Below are positions 1 through 9,889 of a DNA stretch of 64,000 nt, one piece after another. A model generated the notes under the pieces. That model saw only the letters and a list, made by a program, of their open reading frames with translations. It had not been told where the DNA came from and did no database searches. The stretch comes from Clostridia bacterium (GTDB lineage Bacteria; Bacillota; Clostridia; UBA1212; DUPL01). Each line of letters begins with the position of its first letter. Position 1 is the stretch's first letter. The position numbers and the translations under genes were made by a program. Location of the stretch: the NCBI GenBank assembly GCA_050951325.1, contig JBMNIW010000001.1, positions 335,567-399,566 on the forward strand, written 5' to 3'.

Positions 1-1
1 G

Positions 2-712
2 GCTACAAGCAGAGGCACAACCTTTGATTATACCATCGACCCAAACAGGGTTGTTTCAAGTCCACCCATCAACGATAGTGCAGTACTGTACTACTGGGGG
101 CATAACATGGAAACAGCAATTGTTCTTGAAGCTTGTGGTGGCAAAGCTGCAAGAGCTGCTGCATTGTTTGCAACAAAACCAGGAATCGTACCACCTTTCA
201 TAAACAGCACCATTTGTGTTAATGTGAACAGGATACTGGACACTTGCAGACAGGAAGTAATCCACACTGAAACACATGAAATTCCATCATTGAACTGTGG
301 TGTTTTACTTGACTGCAAGGTCAAGAAAGCAAAGTGTGTTGTTAAAAAAGAAACCGAGGATACCGTTCAAGTACAGGTAAAACTCAGGGTTGCTTTCAAG
401 ATAAAGATTGGCGGCAAGAAAATGACTGTTGTAAAGCCGTTTATCATTAATTCGACAGCTCATTTGATGGTTCCTGAAAAAGCTACAGTGAGCTGCGAGG
501 TACAGAATCCAAGATGCGTAAGCAGGCAAATTGATGAATGCGGTTTGGTTGAAACAACAGTCTGCGCTTTCATCAAGATTCAATCGGAGGTTAAAGAATC
601 TATTGTAATACCCTTCGTAGCAAGCTGTCCTGTAGGACTTTGTTCGAGAGTTGTTACCGAAAACGAGGATCATAATTCCGATCTTATAGACGAATCCGAT
701 GAAACCATGTAA
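2..712 (+). CDS. 5'-partial protein with probable C-terminal SPOCS/DUF3794-like spore-coat domain
   Basis: Frame is open from base 2 (ATSRGTTFDY...) through ATG 107, so the gene starts left of the window; Cys/Val-rich beta-type C-terminus (CVNVNRILDTCRQE...IVIP). Confidence 0.5.
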   Translation, partial: ATSRGTTFDYTIDPNRVVSSPPINDSAVLYYWGHNMETAIVLEACGGKAARAAALFATKPGIVPPFINSTICVNVNRILDTCRQEVIHTETHEIPSLNCGVLLDCKVKKAKCVVKKETEDTVQVQVKLRVAFKIKIGGKKMTVVKPFIINSTAHLMVPEKATVSCEVQNPRCVSRQIDECGLVETTVCAFIKIQSEVKESIVIPFVASCPVGLCSRVVTENEDHNSDLIDESDETM

Positions 713-735
713 TACCTGATCTATAGCCTAGAAAC

Positions 736-767
736 ACCCTCGTTATATTCACATGCATAGCGAGGGT
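736..767. terminator. Hairpin between convergent genes, probable bidirectional terminator
   Basis: accctcgttat...atagcgagggt. Confidence 0.6.
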
Positions 768-817
768 TTATTGTGCTCAAATTTATCACTTCTTCTGCCG
801 TATACAAATATTATAAT

Positions 818-1630
818 TCAGTCCTTTGAAACAAACCTCCATCTAAGTCCATATGCAGTAATCCAGGTTCCAATCTGGTTTTCATCCCACCCAGCGACAA
901 TGTCATCACAAAAGAATACTGATTCATCCTTTACAATGAGTGTTGCCCCATAGATATCAGCTGAATAGTTATCCTCTGGAGGTCGCAGGTTGAAAGCGGT
1001 TACACCTTCAAATACCATCTCAATTGAGTCGCACCATTGACTATCAAAGACCAATGTTGCCTGTCTGATTTTTGCTTCAGGATACATGGTTTTGTCGGGA
1101 TTTACATATGCTCCACTTATGTAATTTGCTGTTCTGAGAACAGAATCATGAAAGTTAAAGACTTGTTTCATGAACTCTTCAGCATCTTTATCCGATTCAA
1201 CATAATTCCAACCAACCATATACGAAGAAGTTATCATGCTCTCAAAAATACTACCTTTGAAATTTATAGAGTTTCCATTCAGCAACTCAGCCAGCATTGC
1301 CTTGTTTTCAAATATCCATGGATACCCAAAGTATTCAAAAAACAGAACATCACTTCTCACAAGTTTTTTGAAGCCGGATATTGTCTTGGAAACACCTGTT
1401 GATTTCTTGTAAATCCACCCTTTCGGATATGTGGGGACTATGGTATTTACAAGCACTTTGGGAAATGGTTTGCCCTCATCTTTATCCAAGTAATTAAAAA
1501 ACTTTATGTATCCTCCGTCATCCGATGGCATATGAACCAAGTATTTTTCATAATATCCAGGATTAATCCTTGCATACACCTCAGACTTGAAGTATTTATT
1601 AGTTGACTTGTCATAAACACGAACCTTCAC
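818..1630 (-). CDS. Hypothetical protein (270 aa)
   Basis: Long ORF with GGAGG RBS before GTG; C-terminal FHDS motif; no family recognised. Confidence 0.75.
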   Translation of the reverse strand: MKVRVYDKSTNKYFKSEVYARINPGYYEKYLVHMPSDDGGYIKFFNYLDKDEGKPFPKVLVNTIVPTYPKGWIYKKSTGVSKTISGFKKLVRSDVLFFEYFGYPWIFENKAMLAELLNGNSINFKGSIFESMITSSYMVGWNYVESDKDAEEFMKQVFNFHDSVLRTANYISGAYVNPDKTMYPEAKIRQATLVFDSQWCDSIEMVFEGVTAFNLRPPEDNYSADIYGATLIVKDESVFFCDDIVAGWDENQIGTWITAYGLRWRFVSKD

Positions 1631-1658
1631 AGCACCACCCTCCTTTGAATGTTCGTTT

Positions 1659-2330
1659 CTATAATACAGACACCCATAATACTATCATTGCGTTATATGA
1701 ACCATGAGCAATAATTAAAGAAAGCAGAGTGCATCCCTTGATTTTCTCCCTGAACAAGCAAAACAAAACTCCCAGGAATGACGTCATTATAACTTGAACT
1801 ATATTTCCGTTGAATATGTGAAACAGGCCAAACAGTAATGACGATACAATAATTGCAAACCACCTTTGGTTCTTAATTTCCAATAGTTTGCTAAAGATAT
1901 AGCCGCGAAATACAATTTCTTCCGCCAAAGCAACTCCCGTAATTGCATATATGAATTGATAGACAAATTTCCATGTTTCCGTATATTTTATACTTCCAAC
2001 CATATCTTTAAAACCAAGCAATATGGGTACAACAGTCAGAACCAACGACATGGCAATGGCTAATATTATCCCAATCCCTATTTGCACAAGAATCTTGTCT
2101 TTTCTAAACCCGATGTCTGTAAGCTTCTCTTTATTCACAAACATTAAAACCCCTGGCCCTATCAACATTAGCCATTGCGTTACAATCATAAGGACCATGC
2201 GTATCGGCAAAGAAAACGACATAAGTAAATACTGGTTGAACATTGATAGGCCAAATACTGCGATAAATGCAGAAATCACTGCAATAATCAGCTGTATGAC
2301 GGGTAATTTATTTTTAGATATCGATTTCAT
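1659..2330 (-). CDS. CPBP (CAAX/Abi) family intramembrane glutamic endopeptidase
   Basis: EEIVFRG, FGLFH and AHGSYN motifs; multiple TM segments. Confidence 0.9.
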   Translation of the reverse strand: MKSISKNKLPVIQLIIAVISAFIAVFGLSMFNQYLLMSFSLPIRMVLMIVTQWLMLIGPGVLMFVNKEKLTDIGFRKDKILVQIGIGIILAIAMSLVLTVVPILLGFKDMVGSIKYTETWKFVYQFIYAITGVALAEEIVFRGYIFSKLLEIKNQRWFAIIVSSLLFGLFHIFNGNIVQVIMTSFLGVLFCLFREKIKGCTLLSLIIAHGSYNAMIVLWVSVL

Positions 2331-2405
2331 AACAAATCCTTCTTTCATATATAATCAAATACTTTACTATTATATCAAAGAACCCGTCATACCAGTGGTT
2401 TCAAA

Positions 2406-4226
2406 TTAAATATTATTTACCACTACCCCTCCATCGGATTTGATAGTCTTTCCACTCTTAAGCGTATACTCACCAGCTTTATGAAAAACAAAGATATGGC
2501 CACCATTTCCAAACTCAACACCTTGAATCAACGGAGTGTTTACAATGTTTTCGACCTCAAGCTTCTTCGAAGCGTCAATAACCGCATATGAAAACTTTGA
2601 ACCCTTTGGACTTGTTCCATGACTTATCCCAATTTTAAGCACATCCACCGCAACAGTTTCCGTCGGTATATTTTTGTTGTTTCTTCTCCAGCTTCCTGTA
2701 ACTTTGGCGTATGTGTATTCCAATTTCCGTTCAGGATCCAAATTTATGTATAAAAAAGAACCGTTGGTTATTACATTACCATCTACCTGAACATTGAAGT
2801 TGTCCTCAAGGACGCACTGATTTATTGTTGTCCATATTTCCTTGTCATTGTTCTGCTTATGACAGCAAATATTCGTACCCAGTACTATGACACCTTCGTC
2901 AAACACAATATACGTAACAGTTCCTGTCAGCATATCCCTGTTGTCAAAATCCATGGTCATGGCGCCTTTTCCGTTCTTTATACTGGCATAACATTTATCA
3001 TTCAACCCAATTTTACTATTCCAGATGTTCAGCCTGTTTAGCACATCCTGTTCACTTTCAATATATGATGTGGTACCAGGCATCATGGAATAATCCCATA
3101 CAGCAGGCATGTTTTCATATTCCTTTCCTGTACTCAAAAAGCACATGTTTGTGCCATAGGACAGGTTGTAACCGAGAATGTTTTCTCCATTCAAGCTTTC
3201 CGAACCTATAAGGGTGTTGTTCAAACCTTTAATGGAGATATAGAAGTTTTGACGCTGATGAGTCAGGACAAGACTGTCTTCAAAGAATTTTGTCTCCTTT
3301 ATATATGGAGTTCCATTGTCATACGCAGTTATAAATGCTTCAAGATTGGCTTTTCGCGGAATAGATGAAGTTTTTGAATACAGTTCCGCAGCTCGTCTAA
3401 TTGCTATACTGGTATATGCCTCCGGCCTGCAGTATTCACGACCTATGGCAAGATAGTCAACAGTACCGTTTCTAATCATGTACACTTGACCTTCAAGCAA
3501 AAAGTCAACAAGCAGCTTCAGTATTTCTTTAGAGAACTGATATTCAGTTCCTGATAGTATGTATACCATTGGTGATAGGGATTCTGTAAACGATCTGCCA
3601 TACCCCATTGTATAATGCTGGGGGCCATGCTGGAAGAAGCTGTAGTCAGGCTTTACTCCTTCCTTTAAGCCATCTGCAATTTCAAACTCATAAGAGGCAC
3701 GATCCACCGCCTTTTTCAAAAGCTCACAGTCCTGAACAAGGAGGGCATGCTTTACTGTAGTCCATACACCCCATATCAGATTGGCACCTGTCATGTTATA
3801 TGCATGCTGATTGTGGGAAAAAGAACCTCTTTGAATAATTGAAACAGCTTTGTCAAGCTCCTCTTCTGTTAACTCATCCTCCAGCATTATTGTCAGGTCA
3901 CACAAAGCAGAAGGCACACCTATTTGCATATACCACCAGTTGGTGTTTTGAAAATCATGCTTTAACCAGTAGCGGAAAGCGCCAGCAAGTTTATCAAAAA
4001 GCTCCTTGTCCATATCTCTTCCGTACCGCTGCAGTACAAGGCGTGTTCTATTCAAGAATGTATGTCCCTGCCAGTTAGCAGTGTTTGAATCTTGACAATT
4101 CAAATCTGACCATCTGTACAAATCACCCTCGTTTTGCAACAAAGGCAGATACTCCTCCGCATCTTCCACATTACGCCACAGATATTCATAGTACCTCTGT
4201 TTTATAACCATTAAATCCTCTATCAA
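2406..4226 (-). CDS. Polysaccharide lyase family 8 (chondroitin AC/hyaluronate lyase-like)
   Basis: NWWYMQIGVP, TGANLIW, DYSFFQHG..YTMGYG, IGRE and WDYSMMPGTT motifs. Confidence 0.85.
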   Translation of the reverse strand: MIEDLMVIKQRYYEYLWRNVEDAEEYLPLLQNEGDLYRWSDLNCQDSNTANWQGHTFLNRTRLVLQRYGRDMDKELFDKLAGAFRYWLKHDFQNTNWWYMQIGVPSALCDLTIMLEDELTEEELDKAVSIIQRGSFSHNQHAYNMTGANLIWGVWTTVKHALLVQDCELLKKAVDRASYEFEIADGLKEGVKPDYSFFQHGPQHYTMGYGRSFTESLSPMVYILSGTEYQFSKEILKLLVDFLLEGQVYMIRNGTVDYLAIGREYCRPEAYTSIAIRRAAELYSKTSSIPRKANLEAFITAYDNGTPYIKETKFFEDSLVLTHQRQNFYISIKGLNNTLIGSESLNGENILGYNLSYGTNMCFLSTGKEYENMPAVWDYSMMPGTTSYIESEQDVLNRLNIWNSKIGLNDKCYASIKNGKGAMTMDFDNRDMLTGTVTYIVFDEGVIVLGTNICCHKQNNDKEIWTTINQCVLEDNFNVQVDGNVITNGSFLYINLDPERKLEYTYAKVTGSWRRNNKNIPTETVAVDVLKIGISHGTSPKGSKFSYAVIDASKKLEVENIVNTPLIQGVEFGNGGHIFVFHKAGEYTLKSGKTIKSDGGVVVNNI

Positions 4227-4471
4227 AACAGTATCCCCCTTTTACCCTTGCCTTGATTTTAGATTAAAGTATCCCGCATACAAGCACTTTGTCTACTACA
4301 AACTCCTCAAAGCTATCAATATCTTTAGTAGAGCTTATCCTTGCCGTCTGCCTCAATTAATACAGCACAGTCAGGATTGTAGCTGCCAGCTTGGCAGTTA
4401 TGCATACAATTTGACTCAAAGCTTTTTGCAAAACTCATCAATAAAATGCATCCTATGCCTTCTAAATCATT

Positions 4472-5137
4472 CTATAAATCAATAACATTACACATATGCT
4501 TATTGGGGTCAGAATCAAAAGTAACATATGTATCAGGTAGTTTTACTCCCCATTTTCGTAATACAGACACAGCATCATCAATAATTTCTCTTACTACATT
4601 CTCATCAATCACCGGATATATAAAAGTTTTCTTCGGCTGTACTTTTATATTTTTGACTCCCATCTGAGTCAATACTATTTCTAGATTTTTTCTTTTACGT
4701 AGAGAGTCTTTTACACAAGAAAATTGAAACCAACCATAATTATTGAAGTTATGAAAATCTTCTGTGTTCCATTTCTCATATGCATACTCAATATGAGATA
4801 CTCCTGATGGAGCAGGGCATGTTATGTTCTCCAAAGCATTTGATATAATTTTATCCAGAAAATTTATCTTAGTATTTTCTCCATAAATAAGCCAATATGC
4901 TACAGCAAAATCATTTACTATCTGTTCCTCACTTATAGGGTGTGGACGCACATCTGCGTTAAAGCACATGATACCATGTCCCAACTCGTGCAATAAATTA
5001 TACCAGTGAAAGTATGTTTCGAATCTTTCTCTCGCATGTATTCCTCCAAAAATAGCATCAACAATATGATTTAATTCTGATGTACCCATACCATACCTAC
5101 CCGTTATTATGTTAATTGCCTTTTTACCCGTTTCCAT
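4472..5137 (-). CDS. Hypothetical protein with HExxH zincin-like motif
   Basis: LLHELGH followed by EEQIVNDFA. Confidence 0.65.
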   Translation of the reverse strand: METGKKAINIITGRYGMGTSELNHIVDAIFGGIHARERFETYFHWYNLLHELGHGIMCFNADVRPHPISEEQIVNDFAVAYWLIYGENTKINFLDKIISNALENITCPAPSGVSHIEYAYEKWNTEDFHNFNNYGWFQFSCVKDSLRKRKNLEIVLTQMGVKNIKVQPKKTFIYPVIDENVVREIIDDAVSVLRKWGVKLPDTYVTFDSDPNKHMCNVIDL

Positions 5138-5230
5138 ATGTTATCTCCTATTCATAAATACAAATTTTACTAATCACCCCACAAATCAGACTATGCATTT
5201 TTTAATTTTGAGCTCAGATTATAGCCACCT

Positions 5231-6853
5231 TTACAATTTACTTAATTCATCCATCATTGCAGTTCTATTTTTATATCTTGATTTCCAGTCATTAGTAATT
5301 TCTAACACTAGCTCTTTACCTCCTGGATATTTCTCCATTCTTCTTAAAATCGATACTATCTCTCTATAGCGAGTTCTACTTGTTGTTTTTGTTGCCATAT
5401 CCTTTACTGTATACTCGTATTTTTTCAAAAGTTCTTTTGGATAAATATCTTTTAAAATTTCTTCATATTCCATAAGCATATATAATCCATAAGAGCTCAT
5501 AACCAAATCAATTAATCTATCATACAATCCCTCCATCTCGTATAATTTATCAATTCCACTATATGGAGATAACTTACTAAAAATTATTTCTCTCTTCTCT
5601 AGCCATTCTTCTTCCGTGTATATTGATTTTAACTCTTTATATAATTCCACATCTCCTGCATTATAATCTAATACTAATGACCACAGCTCTTCTTCATAAA
5701 GTTGTTTTTCTCCTATTTCTTTATATAAATCTTTTAGCTTCATGCTATAATAGATTAAAAGCCCTGGCAAATCTTTTCCTTTGTCTTTACCTTCCTTAAG
5801 CAAGGTAATTGCTATATCGTAGTCCTTCTTGTTAATACAAATATCAATATAATATTTTCTAACTTCATCAATTTCTATATTTTCTCTACAATACTCATCA
5901 ATCTCTTGTTGACTTATATTCATTTCCTCTAGAGTCTCTATACTTCGTAAAATTAATTTACCAAGTTTATATTGATTAAACCATGAATCTTTTTCTACTT
6001 TATATTCTTTTATCTTGTCATCCAGGTACATGAGTTTGCTTTCCATGAACTCTTCTTCTCTAAAATCTTCAAATAAAATCTTCTCTACATAATCCTCCAT
6101 ATAATCTATAACAGACCCATCCAAATGTTCAACAAACCACTTGTACATATCTCTTTTAAAATCAATACTGCAATTGTCCAATATCTCTTGCCATATCTCT
6201 AAACATCTGCCAGCTATTTCTCCCGTTCCGCCATCCGAATCATCCATATCTTGATTTGCTACTTTAACAAATATGTAATTCGTAAGGTCAAAGGCCTCTT
6301 TTAATTGATCATTATCTAGCATTGCTTGTATATCATTGTCTAGAATTTCTTCAAGTTCTGATATGAATCCCCAGGCATTTTTATAATCAACAAAACCATG
6401 ATACCCTGAATATCTCATAAATATATTATTTATTTGATTTTTATAACATTCCATATCAACACATTGCAATCTACTTTTAAATCTATTTAATAATTTTTCA
6501 TCGGTTCTTAAAACATCAATTAAAAACTCTTTAATTAAAGTAGGTTCTGCTTCTTCCACCAATTTAACAAGACTCTCCTCTATATCCTGACTTAGGAAAG
6601 CATTTTTTTCTTCCAAATAAAATAATACTGCAGCCATATGTTTGCAATTGTATCCAGCATCCGCATATGGACAATTACAACTTAAATCTATGATTTCCTC
6701 ATCATCCTTCACAATGCCAACCTTGTATTCTTCCGTTCCATACACTGTAGCTTCTATCATATTATCTTTAGTATATACATTTCCAACACGGTTAGTAATA
6801 AAATAATCTATACCTTTATCTAATATATGTTCTTTAAATAAATGCCTCCACAT
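5231..6853 (-). CDS. SWIM zinc-finger protein with helical C-terminus
   Basis: CNCPY....YNCKHMAAVL. Confidence 0.85.
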   Translation of the reverse strand: MWRHLFKEHILDKGIDYFITNRVGNVYTKDNMIEATVYGTEEYKVGIVKDDEEIIDLSCNCPYADAGYNCKHMAAVLFYLEEKNAFLSQDIEESLVKLVEEAEPTLIKEFLIDVLRTDEKLLNRFKSRLQCVDMECYKNQINNIFMRYSGYHGFVDYKNAWGFISELEEILDNDIQAMLDNDQLKEAFDLTNYIFVKVANQDMDDSDGGTGEIAGRCLEIWQEILDNCSIDFKRDMYKWFVEHLDGSVIDYMEDYVEKILFEDFREEEFMESKLMYLDDKIKEYKVEKDSWFNQYKLGKLILRSIETLEEMNISQQEIDEYCRENIEIDEVRKYYIDICINKKDYDIAITLLKEGKDKGKDLPGLLIYYSMKLKDLYKEIGEKQLYEEELWSLVLDYNAGDVELYKELKSIYTEEEWLEKREIIFSKLSPYSGIDKLYEMEGLYDRLIDLVMSSYGLYMLMEYEEILKDIYPKELLKKYEYTVKDMATKTTSRTRYREIVSILRRMEKYPGGKELVLEITNDWKSRYKNRTAMMDELSKL

Positions 6854-7298
6854 TTTATCAACTCCTTAATACTAAGGTGTATCCACAATTAATTAGTACA
6901 ATTATATGAACCAGTGAGTCCGAATCAATTGACCACTTACAACTTCGTTTTGACACTCATGTGCTATATATAATAAAATACAAAATTGCATATTTTAATG
7001 ATAGCATTTTTAATTTTGATAAACAAGATTGTCAATCTCTCTGGTGAGCACTACATACTATTTTCTGTATTTCCTCATACTCTCCTCTTCCAGTTCAATT
7101 TTGCATGTACCATGATTAAACTGCCCAAAACGCCATCAGCATCAGCTTGCGGCTCACACTCAGCTTTCCGCATTACATGCAAACTTGTGCGGAACGAAAA
7201 AATCGCATGCACCAAAAGTACTCCTCGCAACACTTATGCAAGGGGCGCATGCTTACTGATATTGAGTTATCTATAAAGCAAATGGGATAACGGTGTTT

Positions 7299-8762
7299 TT
7301 ATAAACATATCGGTAACACCACGGATAGCAGCAGTACTATAGAGAACACAAGCACTGCCCACCCAAGCCAAACAGAGAGAATCGGAAAAACCGAGGAAAC
7401 AAACAGATATTTCTGACAAGAGCACCAGATAAGTATCCCAAGAAAAACAAATGACATAGCAAGCTTAAGCATTATGGCAAATGTTTTCATTTTCTGATTA
7501 AAAGGAACAATCATTCTTAGTATCACCATTATGCTGGATGCGACCAATATGCCTACAATTACGCAAAGCCCATAATGCCCCCAAATAATACGTTCCATGC
7601 CAACAGATGAAAATCCGCGCCACTGTGCCCAGTCACTTAAAACATAAGCAATAAGCGGCCAGCTTCGCTGGCTGTTTGTTAGAATTACGATGGCGTCACC
7701 TGTTTCGGGCACGGACTGCAAATGAGTCATAATACCATTGCCCTGGCCACCGTGAGAAACAGAGAGCATACCGTTTGGTAACTTTTCAATATAGTGACCA
7801 AATCCGTATGCATCGAATACAAAACCGTAAATGCCAATTTTATTACTTTGTGGAGTATAAAGCTGTTTAATACTGTCCTCACTTAATACCAAATTTCCCT
7901 GCATACCTGCCGCTGCAAAGAGAGCAATATCGTGAGCTGTGGCAAACAATCCACCTGAAGCTTTTGATGGGTAGAGATAAACTGGAACCATCTTCCCTTC
8001 AAGGTTATACCCAGTTGGAGGATAAGGCTCAAGTGTGTCAATATTAAAGAAAGAACTATTCATGCCAAGTGGAAGCAAGACTTCATTGCGTATATATTCT
8101 GAAAAGCTTTGCCCTGTAACATCCTCAATTAATATTTCAAGCAAGTTATAGCCTATGTTGGAATAGGAAAAACCAGCACCCGGTTTGCGCACAAGTATTG
8201 CTTCCTCTGTCATCACATCCCGATTGGAGGGCATCACCTCGTCTAGGGAATAGATTTTGGTGAAATCCCCCAATGGCATTCCCGAAGTGTGGCTCAAAAG
8301 CTGCCGTACCGTTATTTTTTTTACCGGATAGTCAGACTTTGGAAATTTCCAGCTTGTTAGATACTGCGATACCGGAGCATCCAAGTCAACAAGCCCCTTC
8401 TCCACAAGCTTTATAACTCCCCAAGCGGTAACAGGTTTCGTAATGGATTGAACACTCATGGGAGTATCGACAGTCAGTACTCTTCTGTTTTCCACATCTG
8501 CATACCCATAACTTTCAGTCCATGTCAGTTTAAAATCTTTAACAAGCGCAATACTGCATCCTGGTATACCATACTGCTTCATAAGATGAGGAATGCGTTC
8601 ATTTATATATCTCTTGAATTCCTCAAGAGGCGCATCGGTACTAATCTTTCGCTTGACTTGCAGACTACCGGAAAACAGCATAACGAGAAAGCTGGCTGCC
8701 ATTGATAAAGTGATAAACCATATCCACATCCTTCGACCTTTAAGAATTCTTGGCTTTTTCAT
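7299..8762 (-). CDS. Membrane-anchored serine hydrolase (beta-lactamase class C/PBP family)
   Basis: SxxK (SITK), YSN and HGG motifs; N-terminal anchor and about 3 C-terminal TM helices. Confidence 0.88.
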   Translation of the reverse strand: MKKPRILKGRRMWIWFITLSMAASFLVMLFSGSLQVKRKISTDAPLEEFKRYINERIPHLMKQYGIPGCSIALVKDFKLTWTESYGYADVENRRVLTVDTPMSVQSITKPVTAWGVIKLVEKGLVDLDAPVSQYLTSWKFPKSDYPVKKITVRQLLSHTSGMPLGDFTKIYSLDEVMPSNRDVMTEEAILVRKPGAGFSYSNIGYNLLEILIEDVTGQSFSEYIRNEVLLPLGMNSSFFNIDTLEPYPPTGYNLEGKMVPVYLYPSKASGGLFATAHDIALFAAAGMQGNLVLSEDSIKQLYTPQSNKIGIYGFVFDAYGFGHYIEKLPNGMLSVSHGGQGNGIMTHLQSVPETGDAIVILTNSQRSWPLIAYVLSDWAQWRGFSSVGMERIIWGHYGLCVIVGILVASSIMVILRMIVPFNQKMKTFAIMLKLAMSFVFLGILIWCSCQKYLFVSSVFPILSVWLGWAVLVFSIVLLLSVVLPICL

Positions 8763-8771
8763 GACAGCACC

Positions 8772-8942
8772 TCATTTTTTAAATTGCATGGTAATTGCTC
8801 CTAGAACCACACCCAAACCAGCTCCAAAGCAAAGCCACAGAATTACGTTCTGCAAAAGTGCACCCAGAACTATGCCAAAAGCAGCACCTAAAACTATACT
8901 TGTTCCCATGTTCCAATAATCTGACATTTTACTCTTGTTCAT
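8772..8942 (-). CDS. Small glycine-zipper membrane protein (56 aa; not in ORF track)
   Basis: MNKSKMSDYWNMGTSIVLGAAFGIVLGALLQNVILWLCFGAGLGVVLGAITMQFKK; GGAGGTG RBS. Confidence 0.75.
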   Translation of the reverse strand: MNKSKMSDYWNMGTSIVLGAAFGIVLGALLQNVILWLCFGAGLGVVLGAITMQFKK

Positions 8943-8969
8943 GCAACTCACCTCCTTTTGTTTTTCATG

Positions 8970-9137
8970 TTATAACAGTTGTTTTCTTTTGAGTGTCTCA
9001 CTGACCTCACAACAGGTTTTCTCCTTTTTCCTCTCTGCTTCGTGTATTTCAGCAGCATTTAGACTCTGAAACTCTCCGGACAACTGATGGAAAAACTTCA
9101 ATATTTTCTTTCCAATACTTTTACTAACCATAATCAT
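8970..9137 (-). CDS. Small hypothetical protein (55 aa; not in ORF track)
   Basis: MIMVSKSIGKKILKFFHQLSGEF...KRKQLL with GAGGAAGG RBS. Confidence 0.4.
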   Translation of the reverse strand: MIMVSKSIGKKILKFFHQLSGEFQSLNAAEIHEAERKKEKTCCEVSETLKRKQLL

Positions 9138-9225
9138 AATACCTTCCTCATTATTCTTGTTTCATATTGAGTATAAAAGGTTGGATGGTCATATGATTAG
9201 TTACCAGAGTCATGTTTTGGGTAAT

Positions 9226-9249
9226 AAAAAGTGGGAGCTTTGGCTCCCA
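9226..9249 (-). terminator. Intrinsic terminator after response regulator
   Basis: tgggagc-tttg-gctccca stem with U-tract on minus strand. Confidence 0.7.
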
Positions 9250-9252
9250 ACT

Positions 9253-9888
9253 TTAAAATCCTAACTGCTTGAAGTATAATATTGCGTTTGCCCGGTCAGA
9301 TATTCCTGCCTTGCTGTAGATTTGACTGATATAGTTCTTTACCGTACCAACGGTTAAAAAAAGTGTTTGAGCAATTTCCTGATTGCTTTTCCCTTCCATC
9401 AGCAGACGAATGATATCCTGCTCTCGCTGGGTAAAGTCCTCAAGTTTTGTTTCCACTTTACCAGGTCTTCCAATATGACCAACGATTTTGGCGGCAATAT
9501 TTCCTGGTAAAATGACATTTCCTTGTACGGTATCACGAATTGCTTCAGCCAGTTTCACCCCGCTTATATCCTTAAGAAGATACCCTGAAGCACCATATGT
9601 AATGGCACCCAGAATCGATTCGTCATCATCAAAGGTGGTTAGTACCAACACGGCTGTTTCAGGAAAATCTTGCTTTATTAAACGGGTTGCTTCTACCCCA
9701 TTCATAACCGGCATTCGTATATCCATAAGAACCACCTGCGGTCGATGGATTTTAGTCTGCTCGTAAGCTTCCATACCATTTTTAGCTTCTGCAACAATCT
9801 GAATATCCGAGTTGGTTTCAAGTAATGCACGCAGCCCATCCCGAATGATGGTCTGATCGTCTGCCAGCAGTACGGTAATCTTGTTCAT
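9253..9888 (-). CDS. NarL/LuxR-family response regulator
   Basis: LADDQ, MDIRMP, LTTFDD, YLLKD receiver motifs; LuxR HTH (GKSNQEIA..LFLTVGTVKNY). Confidence 0.95.
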   Translation of the reverse strand: MNKITVLLADDQTIIRDGLRALLETNSDIQIVAEAKNGMEAYEQTKIHRPQVVLMDIRMPVMNGVEATRLIKQDFPETAVLVLTTFDDDESILGAITYGASGYLLKDISGVKLAEAIRDTVQGNVILPGNIAAKIVGHIGRPGKVETKLEDFTQREQDIIRLLMEGKSNQEIAQTLFLTVGTVKNYISQIYSKAGISDRANAILYFKQLGF

Positions 9889-9889
9889 T

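Noticed and set aside
7299-8762. Bona fide beta-lactam resistance gene
   Set aside because: Motifs place it in the broad serine-hydrolase family; substrate cannot be inferred
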